Positions 30,322 to 38,192 of a stretch of DNA of 64,000 nt are shown here, one piece after another. Position 1 is the first letter of the stretch. The number at the start of each line of letters is the position of its first letter. The DNA is from Flavobacteriales bacterium (GTDB taxonomy: Bacteria > Bacteroidota > Bacteroidia > Flavobacteriales_D > Sanyastnellaceae). The notes under the pieces are model-generated. The model worked only from the letters and a program-made list of their open reading frames with translations, searched no databases and was not told where the DNA came from. A program made the position numbers and the translations under genes. The DNA is taken from assembly GCA_046336655.1 (NCBI GenBank), contig JBKDGH010000118.1, positions 1,224-65,223 on the forward strand, given 5' to 3'.

Positions 30322-30537
30322 ATGAAACGCTTACTTCTCCTGCTGTTTTTTGTGGTGCTGGCCATTGCCGCACTTCCTCAGGCACCAGACCCTCCTGCGG
30401 GTGGCGGCCCTCCTTGCGGTCCGCCCTTTGGCGATCCATGCATTCCCATTGACGGAGGAGTGAGCCTGCTGATTGCTGCAGGTGTGGCATTGGGTGGAAA
30501 GAAGGCCTGGGATGCAACGAGGAGGAAGCAAATCTGA
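30322..30537 (+). CDS. 71-aa secreted mini-protein with a C-terminal P-I-D-G-G / TM / basic-tail motif (putative XrtF sorting signal)
   Basis: MKRLLLLLFFVVLAIAALPQA signal; PDPPAGGGPPCGPPFGDPC core; IPIDGG; VSLLIAAGVALGG TM; KKAWDATRRKQI tail. ATG start, own promoter box, and the stop lies 4 nt before the xrtF start. Confidence 0.6.
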   Translation: MKRLLLLLFFVVLAIAALPQAPDPPAGGGPPCGPPFGDPCIPIDGGVSLLIAAGVALGGKKAWDATRRKQI

Positions 30538-30540
30538 GCA

Positions 30541-31074
30541 GTGCTTAGAAATCCGTTTTACCGGTTCTTGATAGTTGGTACCACGCTGTTCCTTGCGTGG
30601 TATTTCGTTTATGAATGGTACCTGCGTGATCATTCGATGGCGGATGAATGGGTCATTCATCACCTGACTGTCTCGTCAGAGCTGATACTCAAGGGGATGG
30701 GTTACGAACTCACCGACTACGGATTTACCGGTTTACACAACAGGGTCGGCATTGCCAATGCTCCGGGAGTGATGATCGGAGCGGCGTGCGATGGGCTTGT
30801 TCTTTTTGCATTGTTCGCGGTATTTGTGATCGCCTATCCCGGCTCCTCGCGCCACCGCTGGTGGTTCATCCCAACCGGTATTCTGCTCATTCATTATCTG
30901 AATGCCCTTCGCGTGGTGGCACTCACAATCATCATCTCGTGGAAAAAGGAGTGGCTGAGTTTCAACCACGATTACACCTTTACTATTCTCGTCTATTCTA
31001 TTGTATTCGGTTTGTGGTGGATCTGGGTGAAGAAGTTTCCGGCTGAAAAAACCATCGTTCCCGAAACCAAATGA
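30541..31074 (+). CDS. xrtF: exosortase family protein XrtF
   Basis: 177-aa polytopic protein. Exosortase-type conserved residues sit in the expected order and context: Cys83 (GAACDGL), Arg124 (LNALRVV), His143 (FNHDY). Short Bacteroidota-type exosortase, followed by its signature partner gene. GTG start. Confidence 0.75.
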   Translation: MLRNPFYRFLIVGTTLFLAWYFVYEWYLRDHSMADEWVIHHLTVSSELILKGMGYELTDYGFTGLHNRVGIANAPGVMIGAACDGLVLFALFAVFVIAYPGSSRHRWWFIPTGILLIHYLNALRVVALTIIISWKKEWLSFNHDYTFTILVYSIVFGLWWIWVKKFPAEKTIVPETK

Positions 31075-31616
31075 AGCGCAGACTTGTCCTCATTACTTTG
31101 ATTATGAGCGGACTGGCTCTGGGGTTTATGCAGGAGAACTGGAAGGTGGGTGTCAACTTTGTCCTTGAACAGGCAGAGGCTGTTCCGGATTACTGGAACC
31201 TTTCGCCGGAGGCACGCCTGGCAGCGGTGGAGGCAAGGCGCATATTCTCCCCGTTGGATTATTATTACAGCCATGACACCCCTCGTTTTCTGTTCGTTAT
31301 GGAGCGCTCAGAACTCACCGCGCTGAAATGGGCCGTCACGGGAGGGATGATCCTCCTCTTTTTCATCATTAACTCCTCAGTGGCCTTCTTGATTACGAAT
31401 GACCGGCGAGCAATCAGGTGGATGGCTGCCGGATACCTGTTTGTTTTTGTCACCGCATTTTTGATTTACACCGCGGGTTATGCTGCCGGCAATCCGTCAG
31501 CAACTTATGGTATCAGCAGAAAACTGGCGGGAGCGCTGCAGTCGCTTATTCCGATTATGCTGTTTATGCCTGCCTGGTATTTGAATACGCAACGGAACCT
31601 TTCTTCATCCCGATGA
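31071..31616 (+). CDS. exosortase F system-associated membrane protein
   Basis: 181 aa, about 4 TM, ATGA overlap with the xrtF stop. The position and topology match the partner family always found next to XrtF. Confidence 0.65.
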   Translation: MKRRLVLITLIMSGLALGFMQENWKVGVNFVLEQAEAVPDYWNLSPEARLAAVEARRIFSPLDYYYSHDTPRFLFVMERSELTALKWAVTGGMILLFFIINSSVAFLITNDRRAIRWMAAGYLFVFVTAFLIYTAGYAAGNPSATYGISRKLAGALQSLIPIMLFMPAWYLNTQRNLSSSR

Positions 31617-32104
31617 AAACACCTGATCAGCTTGCGGATCACGCCCGGGTCTGGATTTACCAATCCGCTCAGCCCCTTACTCCCGGACAGGCAGAAAAGG
31701 CTTGTCAGATGCTCAATGAATTCATCGCCGATTGGACCAGTCACGGCGCCAGAATGGAAGCTGCTGCAGGGGTCTATCATGGCCATTTCATCGTGATCGC
31801 GGCGGATGAACAGAAAGCCCTGGCCAGCGGATGTGGCATTGACAAGAGTGTTCAGGCTATCCGGAATATTTCTGCGGATACCGGAATGGATTTTTTCGAC
31901 CGGTTGACCGTCCATTACATGAACGATGGTGAGGTCCGGACAGCACCGATGAATGCCTTTTGGGCGCTGCGCAAGTCAGAAGTCGTAACCGGCGAGACCC
32001 GGGTGTTCAATAATCTGGTGAGAACAGTCGGGGAATGGAAGAAGGGGTGGATTGTCCCGTTCGCTCAGAGCTGGCATCAGGAAGCCTGGGGCGGTCCGTT
32101 GTGA
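31613..32104 (+). CDS. conserved Bacteroidota ~160-aa soluble protein of unknown function (often mis-annotated ABC transporter ATPase)
   Basis: MKTPDQLADHARVWIYQSAQPLTPGQ...WTSHGARMEAAAGVYHGHFIVIAADE...SGCGIDKSV. ATGA overlap with the preceding gene. The track's 31418 start is a spurious extension across the upstream gene. Confidence 0.6.
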   Translation: MKTPDQLADHARVWIYQSAQPLTPGQAEKACQMLNEFIADWTSHGARMEAAAGVYHGHFIVIAADEQKALASGCGIDKSVQAIRNISADTGMDFFDRLTVHYMNDGEVRTAPMNAFWALRKSEVVTGETRVFNNLVRTVGEWKKGWIVPFAQSWHQEAWGGPL

Positions 32105-32355
32105 CCATCAGGGATGGCGCTGATTCGCAAGAGGTATTTTCCTTGGATGAAAAAAGTTACACCGATCTGTGGTGATTTGGTTCCTGTGCTGTACTTTTCG
32201 CTTGCTTTTCCTTACTATCTAAATTAGCCGTAAACCGGTGACTGTTGTTTGTTCACGTCAGGAGCAGGGTTGAGTTTCGTGGGGTGGAAAAAGCCTGATT
32301 TGCGCGGAAGCGTATGTCTGAAAGAAATTTTTAACCAAAACCAAAACCCAAACCA

Positions 32356-35300
32356 ATGATCAAAAGGTATACTGCACTTTCGATCTGTACCGCAGCAATC
32401 ACGCTGCTCGGTTCGTGTTGGTCTGCCCTTTCATACGGTCAGACGTTCACCAACCCCGCGCCCATAACCATTAATGCAGTGGGCAATGCCACACCTTATC
32501 CATCCACTATCACCGTATCAGGTGGGCCTAATTCCATCGTATCCGTGGCGGTCACGCTGACTGGTCTTTCTCATACCTGGCCAGATGACATTGACGTGGT
32601 GCTTGTTGCACCCAATGGTCAGGGTCTTTCCATCATGTCCGACTGCGGAAACGCCGCTGATGCCGCGAATGCAAACTATACCATTGCGGACTACGGCACT
32701 GCTCAGTTTGTGAACAATGCGCTGAACGCGAGTGGCACATACCGACCAACGGACTTCGCGCAGGGTATTGACAATATCCCGGGTGCCACTTACACCGCAT
32801 CTGCTCCAAGCGGCGCAGGCACTTTTGCCTCCGTATTTGGAGGTGATAATGCGAACGGAACATGGAGCCTTTACGTGGTAGATGATACGGGCGGAGATGC
32901 CGGTTCAATAAACGGAGGCTGGAGCATTGCCTTCGAAAACATTATTCCAGGTTGCACCAATCCCGGCGCTTTGAATTACAACCCGAATGCAACAGTCGAC
33001 AACGGCAGCTGCATTTTTTGCGGCCCCGGTCAGTCGGCGCTTGTGTTCAATATGTTCGATACGTTTGGTGACGGATGGAACGGTGCCTCATACTTCATTA
33101 CCAATGCGAGCAATCAGGTCGTAGGAACCGGAACACTTGCAACTGGCTCGTCCGGGACAAACACAATCTGTCTGAACCCAGGTTGCTACTCACTCACCGT
33201 CACAGGCGGCACATTTCCTGAAGAAATAGCCTGGAGCATCACGGATATCGGAGGAAATACGCTTCTTTCCGCAACGGCACCAAACGGACCCACCTCAGCT
33301 CCAATAGGCATTGCATGGGCAGGCGCCACAGGTTGTAACATTTCCGGGTGTACGCAGGAAGGTTGTTTCAACTACAATCCATTCGCAGATATCGATGATG
33401 GCTCTTGCGAATGTCCTGTTGCAAACGACGACTGCACGGGTGCTATTGACGTAGGTTGCGGTGTTTCAATCACAGGCTCAATGGCTCTCGCATCTGCAGA
33501 AGACACACCGGTTAACTGCTTCGGTATCGCGGTGACCTCTCCGGGGGTATGGTACCGCTTGATCGGAACAGGACAGCAAGTGATTGCAAGCACCTGTGCC
33601 TCTTCACCAAACGGAACATTTACTGATACCAAGCTGCATGTATATGCTGGTAATTGTGGAGCGTTGACCTGCGTAGGCGCAAACGATGATGATCCCAACT
33701 GTCAGTTCTTCAAGTCAACCGTGGTATTCAATACTATTCCCGGCGTCCAGTACTTCATCCTGGTTTCAGAGTTTGGTGCAGGTCAGGGCATTGACTTCGT
33801 TCTTACAATAGATTGCCTCGATTGCGATACGCCAATTCTGAATGATGACTGCGCCTCGGCGCTGCCGCAGCCTGATGGAGTGCCAACTCCGATGTCATTG
33901 TGCTGCGCAAACCAGGATCAGACTCTGAGCGCCTTCACTGGTGGTTATGGTGTATGGTTTACCATGAACAGCGGTGATGCGGATTCATTCGACTTCGTAC
34001 TCGCAAATGGTAACGGCCCTGGTGTGGATGCCAATGACGGAACCAACGTAGGGATGATCATTTATGAGGGACCATGTACTGCGCTCACTGCAATTGCCCA
34101 GTGTCCTGCTGTGGGTGATGTATGCGCAGGAAGCCTTTCTGCAGCAGGTATCCCGATCGACCAGAATACAGATTACTATTTCCTGGTTTACACCACTGAT
34201 CCTGCGAACTGCGGAGGTGCGTCACTGACTACCTCATTCGTATTCCTCGGATGCACTGACCCGTCAGCCGATAACTACGATCCTCAGGCTACTGAAGATG
34301 ATGGTTCATGTACCTACACGTCAGGTCCTGCGAATGACCTCTGCGCTGACGCCCAGGCACTGGTTTGCAATACCACCATCAACGGATCAACTGGTCTTTC
34401 AACAAACACCGGGGCACCTGCTCAGTGTGGAATTTCTGGTGCCGATAATGAGGGGGTGTGGTATTCAATCGCTGGGAACGGCCAGCTCCACACCATCAGT
34501 ACTTGCGGATCTGCTACAGACACTCGCATTGAAGTTGTTTCGACGTCCAACGGTTGCGCAGGCCCATTTACTTGCGTGATTGGGGAAGATGATGATGGAA
34601 CAGATGACGGCTGTGGATTCTTTGACGCAGATGATGCTTCAGTATCATTTATCTCAACTCCGGGTCTGACCTACTACGTGTATATCACTACAGGGCAGGT
34701 GGACACGAACAATGACGGAATTGCTGACCTGTTTGACGGTCCGTTTGTCCTCGATTACCAGTGCGCGGCTGTGAGCGAAGGTTGTACTGATCCTTGTGCA
34801 TGTAACTTCGATCCGAACGCCAACATCTCTATCGACAACTGCGAATATTTCTCATGCGCAAGTTGTGGTCCGGGTGAAACCACTACCATGCTCTTCATGG
34901 AAGATGACTTCGGTGATGGCTGGAACGGTGCTGACTATACCATCGAAGACCTCGCCGGCAACGTGGTAGCTTCTGGTTCCCTCGATGATGCAGACTGCAC
35001 GGTCGACGAAAACAACTTCGTAGGTCCGGATTTCGGATTTGATATCCTCTGCATCCCGGATGGTTGCTACACAATCACTGTAGGCGGTGGCGTATGGGAT
35101 GTTGAAATTGTTTGGCAGCTTATGGATGCCGATAACAACATTCTCGCAAATGGCGTGGCCGGTTCGGTTGATTTCACCATCGGTTCAGGTACCTGTGGAT
35201 GCACCGATCCGGATGCCTGTAACTTTGATCCCGATGCCGGAACTGACGACGGATCCTGTGAGTACGTTTCATGCGCTGGTTGCACCGATACTGCAGCCTG

Positions 35301-35910
35301 CAACTTTGATCCGGACGCCACCATCCCGGCGAACAACCTCTGCTGCTACGACAACTGCGTGACACTGCTCATGAACGATCAGTTCGGTGATGGCTGGAAC
35401 GGTGCTGTCGCAACGATCTCTTCTCTCACTACCGGTCAGGTAATTGGCACTGCGACCATTCCTGCGGGCACTGGACAGTTCAGTGGAACGGCTTCGTTCT
35501 GTCTGCCTGACGGTTGCTACGGCATCACCTTAACTGCCGGCGCCTGGCCTGCTGAAGTAAGCTGGACCATTCTCGGTGCAAACGGCATCGTTACCGGAGG
35601 TGCTCCTGTGCTCGAGGCAATTCAGTTTTCAGTGGGATCAGGCAACTGTACTCCTGGCTGCACTGAACCGTTCGCTTGTAACTACGATCCGAACGCCGGT
35701 CTCAGCGATTGCACACTGTGCGAATACACCAGCTGTCAGGGTTGTACTTACGAAGAGGCTGTCAACTACGATCCGGCTGCTTTGATCGACGATGGCTCAT
35801 GCATCATCGAAGCTTCGAACCCATGTCCTGCGGACATCAACGAAGACGGTGTAGTGGGTGTGGGTGACCTCATCATCTTCATCGCCGCATTCGGTCAGGT
35901 ATGTAACTAA
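32356..35910 (+). CDS. 1184-aa modular secreted protein: proprotein-convertase P-domain, Cys-knot NYDP motifs, GDGWNG modules, C-terminal dockerin-like Ca-loop
   Basis: Signal ...SALSYG|QT. P-domain (LTGLSHTWPDDIDVVLVAPNG...GTWSLYVVDDTGGDAGSINGWSIAF-type). 8 copies of C[TS].P.A.N[YF][DN]P.A..DDGSC. 3 copies of FGDGWNG...C.P.GCY..T..GG..P.E..W. Ends DINEDGVVGVGDLIIFIAAFGQVCN. Confidence 0.8.
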   Translation: MIKRYTALSICTAAITLLGSCWSALSYGQTFTNPAPITINAVGNATPYPSTITVSGGPNSIVSVAVTLTGLSHTWPDDIDVVLVAPNGQGLSIMSDCGNAADAANANYTIADYGTAQFVNNALNASGTYRPTDFAQGIDNIPGATYTASAPSGAGTFASVFGGDNANGTWSLYVVDDTGGDAGSINGGWSIAFENIIPGCTNPGALNYNPNATVDNGSCIFCGPGQSALVFNMFDTFGDGWNGASYFITNASNQVVGTGTLATGSSGTNTICLNPGCYSLTVTGGTFPEEIAWSITDIGGNTLLSATAPNGPTSAPIGIAWAGATGCNISGCTQEGCFNYNPFADIDDGSCECPVANDDCTGAIDVGCGVSITGSMALASAEDTPVNCFGIAVTSPGVWYRLIGTGQQVIASTCASSPNGTFTDTKLHVYAGNCGALTCVGANDDDPNCQFFKSTVVFNTIPGVQYFILVSEFGAGQGIDFVLTIDCLDCDTPILNDDCASALPQPDGVPTPMSLCCANQDQTLSAFTGGYGVWFTMNSGDADSFDFVLANGNGPGVDANDGTNVGMIIYEGPCTALTAIAQCPAVGDVCAGSLSAAGIPIDQNTDYYFLVYTTDPANCGGASLTTSFVFLGCTDPSADNYDPQATEDDGSCTYTSGPANDLCADAQALVCNTTINGSTGLSTNTGAPAQCGISGADNEGVWYSIAGNGQLHTISTCGSATDTRIEVVSTSNGCAGPFTCVIGEDDDGTDDGCGFFDADDASVSFISTPGLTYYVYITTGQVDTNNDGIADLFDGPFVLDYQCAAVSEGCTDPCACNFDPNANISIDNCEYFSCASCGPGETTTMLFMEDDFGDGWNGADYTIEDLAGNVVASGSLDDADCTVDENNFVGPDFGFDILCIPDGCYTITVGGGVWDVEIVWQLMDADNNILANGVAGSVDFTIGSGTCGCTDPDACNFDPDAGTDDGSCEYVSCAGCTDTAACNFDPDATIPANNLCCYDNCVTLLMNDQFGDGWNGAVATISSLTTGQVIGTATIPAGTGQFSGTASFCLPDGCYGITLTAGAWPAEVSWTILGANGIVTGGAPVLEAIQFSVGSGNCTPGCTEPFACNYDPNAGLSDCTLCEYTSCQGCTYEEAVNYDPAALIDDGSCIIEASNPCPADINEDGVVGVGDLIIFIAAFGQVCN

Positions 35911-35935
35911 TCTCTTTCATGGGAATATTCAAAAA

Positions 35936-35956
35936 GGCCGCGAAAGCGGCCTTTTT
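35936..35956. terminator. bidirectional rho-independent terminator between convergent genes
   Basis: AAAAA-GGCCGCGAAAGCGGCC-TTTTTCTTTT: a GC stem with a GAAA loop, a T-run on the plus strand and an A-run upstream. Confidence 0.7.
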
Positions 35957-35982
35957 CTTTTACTCATAAACTGACGCGTGAA

Positions 35983-37359
35983 TCACTCCTGCTCCGCGGG
36001 AATGCCCGATTGATCGAGAAGATATATCAGCGCGGTCATCGCCGAAGCGCCGAGCTCGAGCTCACGGCGATTGACCTGCTCAAACACATCATTATTGGAA
36101 TGATGATAGTCAAAATAGCGCTGATTGTCTACCAAAAGCCCGAACAATGCCACGCGGTCATTCTTTAGCGGACTGATATCGACACCGCTCCATCCTCTCC
36201 GGAACTGGTGAATATTATACGGCTCAAGAAGCGACTCCAGTGATTGCAGCCATTCAAACTGATAATCCGTTCCCTGCATACTGAATCCGCGGGGAGTGAA
36301 CCCGCCGCCATCACTCTCAAGCGCAGCTGCGTGAACCTCTCCTTTTTCGCGTGCCATTCTCGCGTAAGTCTCCCCTCCGTCATTACCGAACTCTTCATTG
36401 ATAAAAAGCACACAGCGGATCGTATGCCTGGCTTTATACCCGATTGCCTTCAGCGCGCGGAGCACTTCAAGCGACTGCACGATGCCACATCCATCATCAT
36501 GTGCGCCCTCACCCACATCCCATGAATCAAGGTGTCCGCCGACTACAATGAACTCATCAGGCTTTTCGCTGCCGCGCATTTCACCAATCACATTCCATTG
36601 CGTGATCCTCGGAAAATCCTGACAGTCGAGCTCGAGAGTGAATGGGAGTTTCGGATCCTGCTTGAGTTGCTGACTCAGCATCCGGGCATCGACACTGCTC
36701 AGCGCAGCTGCGGGAATTTTCTTCACCCCATCGGCATAGCGCATAGCGCCGGTATGCGGGAAGCGGTCTTCAGCCATCGTCAGCGATCGGATAATGCAGC
36801 CCACTGCACCGTATTTTGAAGCTTCCGATGCGCCATTTGCACGAATGTCATAGGCCCCTCCATAAGCTGCTCCTGTATTGATCAGAAGGGGATCCATCGC
36901 TTTATTGATGAAAACTATTTTTCCTGCGATGCGCTCCGTCCCCAGTGAAGCCATTTCTTCCAGGGATTTTACCTCCACCACCTCGGCAGTGAGCTTTCCT
37001 CCGGTGCCCACTGATCCGCCGAGCGCCACGACAGGCACTTCGGTTTTTTGTTTGCCCAGGCGAAATGACGCCTTTTCAGTGTTTCCCCGAACCCACCGCG
37101 GCACTTCGACGGGCATCAGATACACCGTGTCGAATCCCGACTGAATCATTATAGCCCGCCCCCAGGTAATGGCCTTGTCAGCGGAGGGCGAACCTGCGAG
37201 GCGATGGCCGATGTCCTTGCACAGTGTGCGCAAGTTGGCGTAGCATTCTCCATTGGCCAGTACTTCATCGTAAATCTGCCGGATCATCACCGAGTCACTG
37301 ATCTGGGCTACGCAAGTTGCGGAACCAGCGAGGAATGCAGAAAGAAGAATGTGCTTCAT
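35983..37359 (-). CDS. M28 family aminopeptidase with PA (protease-associated) domain
   Basis: Signal ...ATCVA|QI. Metal ligands in VVGGHLDSWDVGEGAHDDGCG, INEEFG and YHHSNNDVFE. Confidence 0.85.
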   Translation of the reverse strand: MKHILLSAFLAGSATCVAQISDSVMIRQIYDEVLANGECYANLRTLCKDIGHRLAGSPSADKAITWGRAIMIQSGFDTVYLMPVEVPRWVRGNTEKASFRLGKQKTEVPVVALGGSVGTGGKLTAEVVEVKSLEEMASLGTERIAGKIVFINKAMDPLLINTGAAYGGAYDIRANGASEASKYGAVGCIIRSLTMAEDRFPHTGAMRYADGVKKIPAAALSSVDARMLSQQLKQDPKLPFTLELDCQDFPRITQWNVIGEMRGSEKPDEFIVVGGHLDSWDVGEGAHDDGCGIVQSLEVLRALKAIGYKARHTIRCVLFINEEFGNDGGETYARMAREKGEVHAAALESDGGGFTPRGFSMQGTDYQFEWLQSLESLLEPYNIHQFRRGWSGVDISPLKNDRVALFGLLVDNQRYFDYHHSNNDVFEQVNRRELELGASAMTALIYLLDQSGIPAEQE

Positions 37360-37360
37360 G

Positions 37361-38125
37361 TCAGATCATATATGAGCCGTTGTTGATGTCAATCGCCTGA
37401 CCCGTTATGCTGGTCTGGCGGTTGCTGAACAGAAACGCCACCGTTTCTGCGATTTCCTGCGGCTGTGAAAGCCTTCCCAGAGGTACAAAACTCTTCTGCC
37501 TCGCAAGCTCATCTTCGTAGGAAGCTCCCGCACGGTCCGCGAGTTTCTGAATTCCGGCCTGTGCCATTTCTGTTTCTACCCAGCCCGGACAAAGCGCATT
37601 GACCAGAATGTGTTCTGATGCAAGTTCAACAGCCAGCGATCGGGTAAGTCCAAGCAGTCCCGTTTTTGCCGTGCAATAAGCCGTATAATGAGGCACCCCG
37701 AATCGCGCAAGACACGATGAGGTCATCAGAATATGGCGGAATGGCGACAGTGATTTCCGGAGGTATGGCAACGATTCCATGATAGTATGATAGGTGCCGG
37801 TAAGATTGATGCTGATGATTTCATCCCAGCGGTCATCCTTACCGTAGTGATTCTCGCCGCCAACACCGGCATTGGCAAATACGCCATCAAGCCCATGCTG
37901 CCCGATGAACTCATCGTTTGCAAATGACTTCCGGAGTGCCTGCGCGTCCCTGCAGTCGAGATCAACCAACCGGTGAGGACCGGGAGTCATCATGGACAGT
38001 GTTTCTTTCAATTGCGCTTCGCGCCTGCCGATGCAAATGATCCGCGTACCCGCCTGAGCTGAAAGGAGGATCGCAGTGGCTCTGCCCATGCCGCTGCCGG
38101 CCCCGGTGATCAGATATGTTTTCAT
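37361..38125 (-). CDS. SDR family oxidoreductase
   Basis: MKTYLITGAGSGMGRA Rossmann start (the longer 38314 start is rejected) and YCTAKTG YxxxK. Confidence 0.8.
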   Translation of the reverse strand: MKTYLITGAGSGMGRATAILLSAQAGTRIICIGRREAQLKETLSMMTPGPHRLVDLDCRDAQALRKSFANDEFIGQHGLDGVFANAGVGGENHYGKDDRWDEIISINLTGTYHTIMESLPYLRKSLSPFRHILMTSSCLARFGVPHYTAYCTAKTGLLGLTRSLAVELASEHILVNALCPGWVETEMAQAGIQKLADRAGASYEDELARQKSFVPLGRLSQPQEIAETVAFLFSNRQTSITGQAIDINNGSYMI

Positions 38126-38168
38126 AGTGCGAAGAAACACATTGAACGGGCTGCAGGTTTCACAATCG

Positions 38169-38176
38169 TAGATTTG
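38169..38176 (+). promoter_or_regulatory. candidate -7 box (TAGATTTG) for the nitroreductase gene
   Basis: Exact TAnnTTTG, 16 nt upstream of ATG 38193. Confidence 0.3.
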
Positions 38177-38192
38177 CGACCCATTACGGATC

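Noticed and set aside
30308-30663. Minus-strand ORFs 30308-30517 and 30331-30663, antisense to the mini-ORF and xrtF
   Set aside because: The plus-strand reading has a signal peptide, a TM helix, a basic tail, an ATG start, a promoter box and operon context. The antisense frames are open only because of the GC-rich Pro/Gly codons and have no features.
31418-31612. Upstream extension of the 228-aa ORF (start at 31418)
   Set aside because: It would overlap 199 nt of the XrtF-associated gene in another frame. The conserved protein begins at MKTPDQ (31613), with an ATGA coupling overlap.
21523-32104. Glycan/XrtF region considered as a horizontally acquired island or defence locus
   Set aside because: No mobility genes, tRNA targets, flanking repeats, nucleases, helicases or other defence-type domains were seen. 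I cannot compute GC skew or composition here, so only a functional interpretation is offered, not an HGT one.
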